This document shows, piece after piece, positions 1 through 9,631 of a DNA stretch of 64,000 nucleotides. Origin of the DNA: an uncultured Gammaproteobacteria bacterium (GTDB taxonomy: Bacteria > Patescibacteriota > Microgenomatia > CAYXHB01 > CAZYTL01); NCBI GenBank assembly GCA_964650355.1, contig CAZYTL010000003.1:65750-129749 (forward strand). Direction: 5' to 3'. A program made the translations under genes and the position numbers. Below the pieces are notes generated by a model. That model did no database searches. It was not told the origin of the DNA and saw nothing but the letters and a program-made list of their open reading frames with translations. The stretch's first letter is position 1. Every line of letters begins with the position of its first letter.

Positions 1-46
1 TCATCAACATTAAAATCAACCCAGAAATCATTCTCCTTTTAGCCAT
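1..46 (-). CDS. 5' end of a gene running off the window (MAKRRMISGLILMLM..., signal-peptide-like)
   Basis: ATG at 46 on - strand preceded by AGGTGAGGG and TATACT; basic then hydrophobic N-terminus. Confidence 0.45.
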   Translation of the reverse strand, partial: MAKRRMISGLILMLM

Positions 47-244
47 ATTCCCTCACCTAAAGTATAACATCCTTGCAATACCTCCTAAGTCCCGATTATC
101 AGTCACTGATCACCCACTACCGACAAGTGATAACCTACTACTTTCTTTCCTTCCCCATACCCTCAACCCAAATTACAGGTTATTTTTACACCCTTGAAAT
201 TTATCCCCATAACAAGTAGAATTAACAGAGTTGCCCTAAAAAAC

Positions 245-274
245 TTGCTAAAACTTAACTTTCTGTGTTATAAT
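245..274 (+). promoter_or_regulatory. sigma70-type promoter upstream of the recombinase gene
   Basis: TTGCTA (245-250), 18 bp, extended -10 TGnTATAAT (266-274). Confidence 0.6.
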
Positions 275-345
275 ATAGGACATCTTGAACCTTGACCTCA
301 AGTAGTCTTGGTCAACAACCCAATAATTATTCAAAATCATTTTCT

Positions 346-1260
346 ATGAATCCTGCAAAACCCGCTATCGACGACCAGCATATCACTCCTGATAGCCTTA
401 CCGGCCTCCGGGAGGCTCATGATGCGTTCATCGATTTTCTCAAACAACAGAATCGTTCCAGCTCTACCATTCTCGCCTACGGCAAAGACATCGAACAACT
501 CATCGAATACACCCTCCAAGAACACGGCATCGAACACGTTCACCTCGTCTCTCCCGAACACCTCAACGGCTACAAAGATCATCTCCACGAACAAAAATAC
601 ACCGCCAAATCCATCTCTCGCAAAATCAACTCCATCAAAAGCTTTTTCCGTTACCTTAAAAACCATGGCCACATCGACAGCAATCCCGCCGACCATGTCA
701 CCCATCCCAAATACGAGAACAAATCCCCTCGCATCTTAAGCAAAACCGAATACCGGGCCTTACGCGATGCCTGCCGCGACGATCTCCGTACTTCTGCCAT
801 TGTCGAGGTCCTCCTCCAGACCGGCATCCGCATCGGTGAACTGGCCAGCCTCAAACTCCCCAACGTTAAAAAGGACCATCTGATCATCGAACCTTATGAA
901 TCTCAACCCGGCCGTGAAGTCCCCCTCAACAAATCCGCCCAGGATGCCATTGCCAAATGGCTGGAAATCAGACCCAAAAACGCCAAAACCAACCACCTCT
1001 TCATCACCAAAAATGGCCGCCAACTCCTCATCCGCAATATCCGCACCTCCATTGACCGCTACTTCAAGCTCGCCGGCATTGATGACTGCACCGTCAACGA
1101 CCTCCGTCACACCTGGATCGCCCACCAACTCGCCCATGGTGCCTCCCTAGTTACCATTTCCAAAATCGCCGGCCACAAACGCCTCTCCACCACCGGCAAA
1201 TACCTCCAATTCATCAAAGACAAACTCCAAACCAGCAAAGTTAAATTGGAAGAACTATAA
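346..1260 (+). CDS. XerC/XerD-like tyrosine recombinase
   Basis: N-terminal SAM-like region (STILAYGKD, SISRKINSIKSFFRYL), TGIRIGEL, NDLRHTW, AGH..LSTT.KY; ATG 346 preferred over TTG 292. Confidence 0.9.
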   Translation: MNPAKPAIDDQHITPDSLTGLREAHDAFIDFLKQQNRSSSTILAYGKDIEQLIEYTLQEHGIEHVHLVSPEHLNGYKDHLHEQKYTAKSISRKINSIKSFFRYLKNHGHIDSNPADHVTHPKYENKSPRILSKTEYRALRDACRDDLRTSAIVEVLLQTGIRIGELASLKLPNVKKDHLIIEPYESQPGREVPLNKSAQDAIAKWLEIRPKNAKTNHLFITKNGRQLLIRNIRTSIDRYFKLAGIDDCTVNDLRHTWIAHQLAHGASLVTISKIAGHKRLSTTGKYLQFIKDKLQTSKVKLEEL

Positions 1261-1273
1261 ACTTAAATACCTC

Positions 1274-1486
1274 ATGAGGGTAAGCGTAGAAGTTTATCCA
1301 GAAAACTCTCCGACGGGAAATAAAGTAACAAGAAACTGCACGGCAACAGACTGTGGCGTGCCTACCAAGCTATACCCGTGTGCATTACTCGACGAAACAC
1401 CATCTAATGGTGCCTGTAGACAACTAGATACTTCTCTTCGCCTTCCCCAAAAAACAATGCTTGTCTATTGCCAACTGGTAGATTAA
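1274..1486 (+). CDS. small Cys-containing hypothetical protein
   Basis: 70-aa ORF directly after the recombinase; no recognisable motif. Confidence 0.35.
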   Translation: MRVSVEVYPENSPTGNKVTRNCTATDCGVPTKLYPCALLDETPSNGACRQLDTSLRLPQKTMLVYCQLVD

Positions 1487-1563
1487 TAATCTACTTAAAA
1501 TCCCCTTTTACCTCAAAACAAGACACCTTAAAAACAGACTCCACTACTTGATTCGTAACCTTC

Positions 1564-2094
1564 CTATCTCCCCAACATCTCCTCTATCAACTTGGCCCCC
1601 AGTAAAGCATCCGCTGTTACTACATGTTTAGAAGACAGACACAAATATAACCCCTTGATAGGTATTTTTACCATCTTCTGAATTTCATCCTCGTCCCGAT
1701 CCGTCTCCCCTAACTCAAAATCCTTAACCAAATACAGTGATTTTTTACCTTTATGCCTCACGCCATTATAGAAAGACACTATCTTCTCATAATTTCCTCC
1801 TTTAATTCCTAATTCTTCTCTTAATTCACGCTTTAATTCATCAATTCCGCCACCACGATTTACCCTCGCACCTACAAACTGGGTCATTACCTTCTCAGGG
1901 CCCTGTCTCCACTCTTGCACCATCAGCACGCATCCGTCTTTTGTCACCGGAATCCCATAAACAATGTCCGGATAATCAACTACATCCCACTCCACTATCT
2001 TTCCATTTGGTAATCTAATTGTTTCTACACCAACCTTAACTTTCGGACCATCATACTTTGTCTTACGATCTAGAATCTGATATTCCTCACCCAT
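1564..2094 (-). CDS. NUDIX hydrolase, ADP-ribose pyrophosphatase-like
   Basis: ETIRLPNG, MVQEWRQG, degenerate Nudix box ...LKRELREELG, DEDE motif. Confidence 0.8.
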   Translation of the reverse strand: MGEEYQILDRKTKYDGPKVKVGVETIRLPNGKIVEWDVVDYPDIVYGIPVTKDGCVLMVQEWRQGPEKVMTQFVGARVNRGGGIDELKRELREELGIKGGNYEKIVSFYNGVRHKGKKSLYLVKDFELGETDRDEDEIQKMVKIPIKGLYLCLSSKHVVTADALLGAKLIEEMLGR

Positions 2095-2140
2095 AGGTTG
2101 TCATCTTAACCTCTCTTCTAACTTCTAAATTCTCACCTTA

Positions 2141-2273
2141 TATATACTACTTTGCTTAAATAATTTTAAAATTGCAGTATATACTCCGTAGCTGAATTTT
2201 GGTCCATGTAGATATATTCTTAGTAAACTAAGCTTCGTAGTATTATACGAGATTATATTGGCGAAGGAGTATA
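2141..2273. repeat. intergenic element copy 1: TATACTCCGTAGC-N68-GCGAAGGAGTATA
   Basis: shares both termini and the upstream TATACTACTTT with 14117-14251; the termini are imperfect inverted repeats. Confidence 0.6.
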
Positions 2274-2324
2274 TCTAGGCAGATTCACCCCTCATCCGGC
2301 AGCGGGCCCCGAAGTATAACCTTG

Positions 2325-2396
2325 TGGACGCGCCTGGATTCGAACCAGGGACCATTCGTGTATAAGACGAACGCTCTACCGCTGAGCTACGCGTCC
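2325..2396 (-). tRNA. tRNA-Ile, anticodon UAU
   Basis: reverse complement folds as a cloverleaf GGACGCG TA GCTC AGCGGTA GAGC G TTCGT CTTATAC ACGAA TGGTC CCTGG TTCGAAT CCAGG CGCGTCC A; CCA not encoded. Confidence 0.92.
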
Positions 2397-2563
2397 TTTA
2401 AAAACTATCAAACAGCCGCGTAGCGAAATTGCCTGTCCGCCTTTGGCGGAAGCTACGCGTCCAAGTACAAATCTTTTCTGATAACCCTTTACAAATTACC
2501 GATTACGGTTTACTCGGTCCCAATTATACCCTAAAAGCTATCAGCTATCAGCTAAAAGCTAGA

Positions 2564-4891
2564 CTACAGATTGCTTCTCGCCTGCACTTCCTTTTCCACC
2601 TCCGCCAAATCCCGCCCGTACTTCAACCTGCTCAACTCCTTAATCATCTCCCCCACCTTCCGATTTCGCCTCGCATCTTGTGCTGCCATATCTTTCGTAA
2701 TATCCATTGTAAATGGTGGTATCGGCTCATTCTTCACAATCGTTTTCACAAACAAATGATATTTCTCAATATTCATCAAATCCTGCTCATTAAACGTTGG
2801 CTCAAACTGCCTTACCAACACCGGCGCATCATCCGTTCCCACTCGGTAACACATCAACGTTCCCACATTCCCGAAAATCGCTCCTCTGATCTCATCATCC
2901 AACTGCCCCACAAACTGATTCGCCATCACTAAATTCAAATGATACTTCCTTGCCTCAGACAAAATCGTGGCAAAGTCCGGCGTGGCAAAATTCTGAAACT
3001 CATCCACATATAAATAAAAATCCGGTCGTTGATCTTCTGGCACGTCCGTCCGGCTCAAAGCCGCCATCAGAATCCTGGGCACTAACAACAATCCCAAAAA
3101 ATTTGCATTCTCCTCCCCCAACGCTCCCTTATTCAACCTTACAATCAAAATCTTCCTCTCATCCATCGCCTTACGAAAATCAAACGACGACGTTGACTGT
3201 CCGATCACATTCCTCATCATCTTATTCGTAATAAACCGCCCGAACTTACTCACAATATAATCCAAAATCTCCGACTTGTGAAAATCCGCCGTCTGCGCTA
3301 TCTGATCCGTCCAATATCTCCGCACCACCGGATCTTTCACCTTCGGCAGTAACTCCTGCACATACTTGGCATCCGTCTGCGTCCGCACTAATTCAATAAA
3401 CCCTCCTCCCGGCACCGCCTCCATCACCGTCAGCATCGCATTTCGGATTGCGTGCTCAAATCTCGGCCCGATAATCCCTGTCTTATGTGGATCATACAAC
3501 TTATACATCAAATTAATAATCGCCCCCGTAATAAAATGCCTTTGTTGCTCAGTCTTGGCTTCCATCATATTCATCCCCATCGGCCGTTCCGTGTCTCCTG
3601 GATCAAAATAAATCACGTCCTCAGCCCGATGCGGCGGAATAAAATTCAACAAATCCTCTGCCAAATCGTGCGGATCAATCAGCGCCACCCCTTCACCCGC
3701 CTCAATATCCTGTAAAATCAAATCTCGCAAATACTCTGATTTCCCCACACCCGTCTTCCCCACCAAATACATGTGCCTCTGTCTATCCTGCTTGCCCATA
3801 AAAATCGGCCTTTCAATCCCTCGATAAATACTCTTCCCCAAATACAAACCTGAAGTCGCAATATTTGCCGGTGCTGGCGCCCGCTTTGCCATCACCCAGT
3901 GAATATTCGGCGTTTCCACCGTCTTATTTGGAAAATGATAAATCGTAGCCAACTCATCCGTAGCCAAAATCGACTTTTGCGTCAACCAGTGAAAAACCCG
4001 CGGGTACCGATAAATAAAGTCCGTCATGAACGTATGTGGAATCCACACTCTCTGCTGCGTAAACCCGTTCAAATCTGAAGTGAACTGCTCAAACGTACTC
4101 TCAATATTCTTCAAATGCATCTCTGCCACCGTCTCATCCTTAGCGCTCACCACAATCCTCACCGTCACCTCAAATCCCGGCTTCACAATCTTACTTTCAA
4201 TCTGCTCCAGGCTCCTGGCATCCACCTTGTACTTAGCCTTCTCCGGATCCGCCTCTTCCTTCTTCGTGCTCGAAATATAATTCCTACCTCTTTTCCGCCA
4301 CTCATTCCCTGCCGGAGCCAAAATAATCTGAATCGCCGCCGCTTCCCCTTCCTTCATCTTGGCCATTGCCGAAGTCATCGAATTCAGCGGATCAGTAGCC
4401 AGCTCCTTATACGGCTTAATCGGCTTGTACGATTCGTATGACAATCCCAACTGTGCCCACGCCACTGTCCCCTCTTCAAAAAACATATTATACTCGTCCA
4501 CCACCCGCACATCCGCCCCCGGGTACGCCCCGTGAATCTGCTTCTCAATTAAATCCTGCAACTTCCTGGGTGCCGCAATATAAAACCTGATATCTCCCGG
4601 CATTGCCACCAGCTCCAGCGAAATATGCTCTGCCACCTTAGTAGAAAACATCCCCCCTGCCTTTCCCAAAGACTGAAAAGAGCTGATCATCTGCTCCATA
4701 GCGTCAATCTTGATCTCATTATCCTTGGGCACCGCAATCTGCAGCAGCACAAAGTCTAAAGCCCGCACCTCCCGGTCCTTCCATCTCTGCCAGTATAAAT
4801 ACCCGAAAAATCCCCCCGCCATTAGCCCCACAATCACACACATTCCCACCAACAACCCAAACAAAATGAATAACATCCCAATCGCATCCAT
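2564..4891 (-). CDS. membrane-anchored VirD4/TraG/HerA-like ATPase (type IV secretion coupling-protein family)
   Basis: N-terminal TM helix, Walker A GKTGVGKS, IDPH, Walker B YVDEFQNF, LSEARKY..NLVMANQ, IFGNVGT. Confidence 0.85.
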   Translation of the reverse strand: MDAIGMLFILFGLLVGMCVIVGLMAGGFFGYLYWQRWKDREVRALDFVLLQIAVPKDNEIKIDAMEQMISSFQSLGKAGGMFSTKVAEHISLELVAMPGDIRFYIAAPRKLQDLIEKQIHGAYPGADVRVVDEYNMFFEEGTVAWAQLGLSYESYKPIKPYKELATDPLNSMTSAMAKMKEGEAAAIQIILAPAGNEWRKRGRNYISSTKKEEADPEKAKYKVDARSLEQIESKIVKPGFEVTVRIVVSAKDETVAEMHLKNIESTFEQFTSDLNGFTQQRVWIPHTFMTDFIYRYPRVFHWLTQKSILATDELATIYHFPNKTVETPNIHWVMAKRAPAPANIATSGLYLGKSIYRGIERPIFMGKQDRQRHMYLVGKTGVGKSEYLRDLILQDIEAGEGVALIDPHDLAEDLLNFIPPHRAEDVIYFDPGDTERPMGMNMMEAKTEQQRHFITGAIINLMYKLYDPHKTGIIGPRFEHAIRNAMLTVMEAVPGGGFIELVRTQTDAKYVQELLPKVKDPVVRRYWTDQIAQTADFHKSEILDYIVSKFGRFITNKMMRNVIGQSTSSFDFRKAMDERKILIVRLNKGALGEENANFLGLLLVPRILMAALSRTDVPEDQRPDFYLYVDEFQNFATPDFATILSEARKYHLNLVMANQFVGQLDDEIRGAIFGNVGTLMCYRVGTDDAPVLVRQFEPTFNEQDLMNIEKYHLFVKTIVKNEPIPPFTMDITKDMAAQDARRNRKVGEMIKELSRLKYGRDLAEVEKEVQARSNL

Positions 4892-5020
4892 AGCCCTAGT
4901 ATATACTACTTTTTTTTCAATTTACGAATAGCTGTACATCCCGTATGCTCCGATGACCATCGGAGCCATCGGGATAAAACATCCCCATTCCGGAGTCAGA
5001 ATCCAGCAGTCTCAACCCTA

Positions 5021-5060
5021 GGACTTCGGTGAGCCCAGTCGAACCGCTGATCAGCCTTTG
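5021..5060. repeat. composite short palindromic repeat (degenerate inverted copy of 55067-55114)
   Basis: ggacttc-ggtgagcccagtcgaaccgctgatcagcc matches the reverse complement of ggctgatcggcggttcgactgagctcaccgtcgaagtcc. Confidence 0.7.
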
Positions 5061-5287
5061 CCCACGGAGCCTGAATCCCTCCTCAAATTTTCCGTTTAAC
5101 CAACATTTCTTCCTGCGCATCCTTTTCCCCAAGTAGAAACTGCTTCAAAACCCGCCATATCGTTACAGGACTTACGCAGTACCACGTCATTCTGGAACGT
5201 AGCGAGAGAATCCCCTTGGAATCGAATTAGCCTCAAGGTGCATAAGTCCTGATCAGTAGTTATAAGTTCGACTTGCAATACTATAGG

Positions 5288-5316
5288 TTGACTTTACCCC
5301 CAAACCATGCTATACT
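5288..5316 (+). promoter_or_regulatory. near-consensus sigma70 promoter
   Basis: TTGACT-17bp-TATACT with TG extension. Confidence 0.75.
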
Positions 5317-5322
5317 GCTTCC

Positions 5323-5595
5323 ATACTGTCTCCCCTACTACTCCACAATCGCGTCAGTATAAACCTGATCGCTCCCTTGTAGAGTTTTGTTCGAGACAAT
5401 ATAGCAGCTCTTTTAAATCAACAGAGCCATTCTTTTTGGTTACCTCTTTCTTGAGGCGGAGTTAACTGGATACAAGTTGTTATATCTAGTTAACTCCGCC
5501 TCGCACCAGCGCTCCCGCCCGTGAGTCTGCCCACCAAGTGGGGAGCACCAGACTCTGGGTGATATGAGGATGCGCATCTCATAAAAAGGAGGTGA
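5323..5595 (+). ncRNA. putative highly structured 5' leader or ncRNA
   Basis: successive stems at 5323-5402, 5453-5502, 5516-5561 and 5563-5583, ending in AAGGAGGTGA (5586-5595). Confidence 0.45.
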
Positions 5596-5599
5596 CCCA

Positions 5600-6016
5600 G
5601 TGAAAAGGTTAACTTTTCTGCTCGTATCCCTGCTCGCCGTAGGGCTGGCGGCGTTCCTGGGCCTCATCGCCCGACCCGCCGCCCCGGTCCAGGCTCAAGG
5701 GCCAGGATACACGTGCACAGGTCAAGGCTATGCCTACCAGTGCACGTATTCTGACGACGCCCGTGAGGCAATCAGGCAGCAACGCCGGGAAGAAATCCGC
5801 CAGGCCGCCGAAAACTTGGTAGATCCCAATACCTGGTGGGACGTCCAGACCCAAGGCGGCGGCACCTGGCAAGAGCAACAGGGCTGCGGCATCTTGGGAT
5901 GTAGAAACCCCAACTCCGGTCAGAGTTATACGTGTGGTGACACGTACAACACGTATACTTTCAAGCCGACCGGGGCCCAACACACCACCCGATCGACCAG
6001 CTGCAAGAAAAACTAG
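5600..6016 (+). CDS. GC-rich secreted Cys-containing hypothetical protein
   Basis: perfect SD, GTG start, signal peptide ending VQA-Q, 6 Cys. Confidence 0.75.
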   Translation: MKRLTFLLVSLLAVGLAAFLGLIARPAAPVQAQGPGYTCTGQGYAYQCTYSDDAREAIRQQRREEIRQAAENLVDPNTWWDVQTQGGGTWQEQQGCGILGCRNPNSGQSYTCGDTYNTYTFKPTGAQHTTRSTSCKKN

Positions 6017-6070
6017 GTGGTGTGCACCCAGGCTACTTGATAGTGCTCATCAAGTAGCTATCGACTATCA

Positions 6071-6158
6071 GGGCCACTCTGGCAACACAGATCGCTTTGC
6101 TGCAACTTACTAAAGTGCAGTAAAGTGCCTGTAAGTTCAGAGTGGCCTTAATTTTTTT
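6071..6158 (+). terminator. long hairpin with U-tract after the secreted-protein gene
   Basis: ggccactctg...cagagtggcc followed by ttaattttttt; extra hairpin at 6032-6058. Confidence 0.65.
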
Positions 6159-6246
6159 CACAACGGATAGTCCCTCTTCTACCCTAATTTAGACCTCCCA
6201 CCTCTCACAGACAGAACACCAATTCCTCAAATCTCCAAACCATCTC

Positions 6247-6618
6247 CTATCCTCTAAAAAACACCTTTTCCCCCAACTTCTTAATCATGTACGCACACCA
6301 CTCCGCCAGCCACCGTGCCCCTCTGATAATCGGTTCATGCAACCCCACCTGAAACTCATCTTGGGTCATCGGCAAAATCACCGCATCATCCGGCAACTGA
6401 TAATCATCCGTTTGCGGAGCCGGCTGCACCAGCGGCTGTCCTTGGTCATCAGTGGGCACCGGACCAGCCTTCTCCCCTGCCTTTTCCACCTTCTCTATAT
6501 ACCCTTCCACCCCAGCCTCCATCTCCGGCTCTTCCTCTGCCGACTTCACCACTTCCTGCACCGGAATCTCTTCAATTTCCCTATTTCCCTGGTTATCCCG
6601 CTCCGGAGTATCCACCAT
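6247..6618 (-). CDS. acidic hypothetical protein
   Basis: 123-aa ORF with strand-typical codon bias; conserved-looking C-terminus RWLAEWC. Confidence 0.65.
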   Translation of the reverse strand: MVDTPERDNQGNREIEEIPVQEVVKSAEEEPEMEAGVEGYIEKVEKAGEKAGPVPTDDQGQPLVQPAPQTDDYQLPDDAVILPMTQDEFQVGLHEPIIRGARWLAEWCAYMIKKLGEKVFFRG

Positions 6619-6723
6619 TAACTAAATAATACCATTAATTGCCCCACTGTTACATGGCCCCATTGTCATGATTATCATAAATCAGACCACCCTCCATATT
6701 ATCAATGAAACCATGAAGCCCAA

Positions 6724-7605
6724 TTATCTCATCTGGCTCTGCCAGACACTCTCCTCTTCCTCCATCAACCAATTCGCCCACCTATTCGCCACGAACAAAT
6801 AATCCGACAGCCGATTAAGATACCTTAAAATTGCTTCATTGCTCAATTGCTCAATTGTTAAACTGCTCTTTAAGTTTTTAGCTTTAAAATGTGGTTTTGA
6901 GTTTTTAACTTTACGCTTTAAGTTTAAAAAACGAACGAATTCTCGTTCGGTCCTCCGGCATACTGATCTTACCACCATTAACTGTGCCCCGATCACCCCA
7001 CCTCCGGGTAAAATAAACTGATCCACCCGCGGCAAATCACCTTCCATCTCATCAATCAACTGCTCTAACTTACCCGCATCAAACGGCTGGTATTTATCCA
7101 TCTCTTCAATCCTTTTCTCCTCCTCACCTCTATCTTGTCCTTCTGCAGGAAAGCTTTCCCCTCCCCTATCAGACTCTCTGTCTTCCTCTCTCCGGCCCCG
7201 AACAAACTCTTCAGCCATCCTCCCCATTTCCCCCCGGAAACTCAAACCTTTCTCTTCCTGTGCTTTCCTGCTCTTTTGCTCTTTTGCTCTTCTGATCCTC
7301 TGATCTTGTGGTTTCATGGTCTTTGCTAATTCTGCACCCATCTCAAACAACTCTCTTTGCACATCCCGCAACTGTCCCACCAATCTTGCCAAACCGATAT
7401 CGAGATTCTTTCCACCATCTTGCATTTTAACTTTTGCATTTTGAATTGCCATGACACTCTCCGTCATCGCCACTGCTAAGCCCAAACTGGAATTGAGCTC
7501 ATCGACCGCACCAATCACCGCCATCTGCATACTTCCCTTACTCACCCGTCGCCCTCCGATCAACCCCGTTTCCCCTTCATCTCCGGTTCTGGTATAAATC
7601 GCCAT
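6724..7605 (-). CDS. PduO-type ATP:cob(I)alamin adenosyltransferase with several low-complexity insertions
   Basis: IYTRTGDEGETGL, GAVDELNSSLG, FILPGG, RSVCRRTER, YLNRLSDYLF. Confidence 0.88.
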   Translation of the reverse strand: MAIYTRTGDEGETGLIGGRRVSKGSMQMAVIGAVDELNSSLGLAVAMTESVMAIQNAKVKMQDGGKNLDIGLARLVGQLRDVQRELFEMGAELAKTMKPQDQRIRRAKEQKSRKAQEEKGLSFRGEMGRMAEEFVRGRREEDRESDRGGESFPAEGQDRGEEEKRIEEMDKYQPFDAGKLEQLIDEMEGDLPRVDQFILPGGGVIGAQLMVVRSVCRRTEREFVRFLNLKRKVKNSKPHFKAKNLKSSLTIEQLSNEAILRYLNRLSDYLFVANRWANWLMEEEESVWQSQMR

Positions 7606-7802
7606 ATATAGGATATTTTAACAAAACATCTCCCAATTGACATCTAACAATTACCATTTAACTCTAAAAACTGCCCCTAACGACCTAACAATTACTTATC
7701 CGCTTTTGACAGTTCAACATATTCCCAACCTCTCCCTGAGTATCTGATACCTTTCCTAAATCATTCTGGATTCTGAATTCTAAATTCTATATCCTATACC
7801 TA

Positions 7803-8039
7803 GTGTTCTCTTGTCCTTACGCCCCATCCTACACCCTTTGGGAACGTCTCACCGGTAAAACCGCTGACTATTCCCGGCTCTCCTGGATCGAACGACTCTT
7901 CGGCTATCCCACTATCTGTCGCACCCAAATCTATCTCCAAATCGGCATTATCGTCCTCATCATCTTATTCACCGCCGTCCTCATCTGGTTCAAATACATC
8001 CGCAAACGCTACTACTACCCTCCTCCACCCAAAAAGTAA
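7803..8039 (+). CDS. small membrane protein
   Basis: single TM segment followed by a basic tail. Confidence 0.5.
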   Translation: MFSCPYAPSYTLWERLTGKTADYSRLSWIERLFGYPTICRTQIYLQIGIIVLIILFTAVLIWFKYIRKRYYYPPPPKK

Positions 8040-8158
8040 ACGCAGCTTCTCAAAGACCTCACCGCTAACTATCCTCTCAAAGCTTCCACTAAAAAACTGC
8101 CCGCCATGGTGAATACCGTGGATCAGCCTCTGGCTGAAACGAAGCTATAAGCAATAAG

Positions 8159-9565
8159 CTACTTCGGATACAACTTTCGCAGATCAGCATCATACTGTTG
8201 CCAATTCTCTTGCCTCAACTGATCAAACTTCGCCCAAATTCTCCGGTACGTATCCTCATACTCCCTCTCCAAATACCCTGCCCCGGACACACTTCCCCTT
8301 TGCTCTCCAATATACAACCTCAACCTATCCATATAGTTCAGTGCCCGTAAATACTGCACATTCACACACTGCCCGTAACCGCTCAAATTATCCAAAATAC
8401 ACCGGTTCACCTGGTCCCATAGCCTGATCGCCTCTGCAGACAGTACCAGCGCCTTTTCCAACTCCTCTCGACTATTCGCGGCGTAATATCGCCCTCCGCC
8501 CGATTGCGCGATCAACTCCAACTGCTGCTTCTCCTCTTCGCTCACTACCAATCCCACCACATTCGTCACCACTTCTATCCCTGACTCATTCAACTGCTCG
8601 GCCACCTGAATCGGGTCCCCTCCGCACGTCTCCTTACCGTCAGACAATAAGATCACAAAATTCTGTGCTGCTTCTTTACCTCTTAATAAACTCCCCGCCA
8701 TCTCCAAGGCCTTGGCAATCCCTGTCCACCCCGCCGGCTTAATCCCCTGTACTAAACTCTCAGTTGCTGGCACATCCACCGGCCCTAGCGGCTGCACCAA
8801 CTCCACCCCTTCGCAAGATGCCTGCTTATCTGCCTCCTCAGAACTTCCTTTATGTCCGTAAACAATCACCCCTACATTGGCAAAACTCGGCAACCCGCTA
8901 TCCAGTAAATCCAACAACGCTTTCTGCGCCGAATCCCACTTTGTCACCCCTTCTAACTTATCCCCCATCGATCCTGAAGCATCTAACAAAAACAACAAAT
9001 TGATTTCCAACCTGGCCCTGGGCACCGTAGGAAAGTCACCACATCCCAACTGTCTCACACAGTCATTGGCATTCGCATCATACCCCAAAATCTCTTCCAG
9101 CCGGTCCGGCAAGGCATCCCCGTCGTTATCTACTCCCAACTCTTCCTTAGTCAGCAACTGCACTTCCTCCCCAGATCCCTCCACCACTGACTCTCCCGTT
9201 GGCTGCGCAGACGGGGTAGCCACCTGCTGTCCCGCTGGCCGCGTCACTTGAGGAGCTGGCAGCAACCTTCCCAACACCACAAATCCTACTCCCAGACCTA
9301 AACTCACCATCAAAATCGAAAACAGCATTGCCTTCGGTCCCTTTGACCTATGCTTTCCTGCCGCCCGCACCGGTGCGCTTACCCCTCCCCCTTGCGACTT
9401 TCCCCTTCCTAGACTGGCCACCTTCGGCAACTCAATCTTCGGCAACCCCTTCTGCCCAATACCTGCTCTTCCACTATCACCCGTATTCCCTGCGCCCTCA
9501 GCAGGGCTTGTTTTCACCCCTGGATCATTCCCTGTTCCCTGTTCTTGTGAATCATTCTCTGCCAT
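8159..9565 (-). CDS. membrane-anchored von Willebrand factor A domain protein
   Basis: TM helix; MIDAS LLDASGSM, GWTGIA, LLSDGKETCGGDP; DNDGDALPD Ca-binding-like motif. Confidence 0.85.
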   Translation of the reverse strand: MAENDSQEQGTGNDPGVKTSPAEGAGNTGDSGRAGIGQKGLPKIELPKVASLGRGKSQGGGVSAPVRAAGKHRSKGPKAMLFSILMVSLGLGVGFVVLGRLLPAPQVTRPAGQQVATPSAQPTGESVVEGSGEEVQLLTKEELGVDNDGDALPDRLEEILGYDANANDCVRQLGCGDFPTVPRARLEINLLFLLDASGSMGDKLEGVTKWDSAQKALLDLLDSGLPSFANVGVIVYGHKGSSEEADKQASCEGVELVQPLGPVDVPATESLVQGIKPAGWTGIAKALEMAGSLLRGKEAAQNFVILLSDGKETCGGDPIQVAEQLNESGIEVVTNVVGLVVSEEEKQQLELIAQSGGGRYYAANSREELEKALVLSAEAIRLWDQVNRCILDNLSGYGQCVNVQYLRALNYMDRLRLYIGEQRGSVSGAGYLEREYEDTYRRIWAKFDQLRQENWQQYDADLRKLYPK

Positions 9566-9631
9566 ACCCCTACTTTAACCCAACCAATCTCGGACTCGCA
9601 ACCCGTATGTATGACAAATCTTCAATTGCCA

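Noticed and set aside
346-2462. Integrative element or prophage at the tRNA, driven by the recombinase
   Set aside because: No duplication of the tRNA 3' end, no phage or conjugation cargo, and the enzyme looks like a housekeeping Xer
4917-5278. Two small overlapping - strand ORFs
   Set aside because: No recognisable motif and one is crossed by a palindromic repeat; possibly a gene remnant but unsupported
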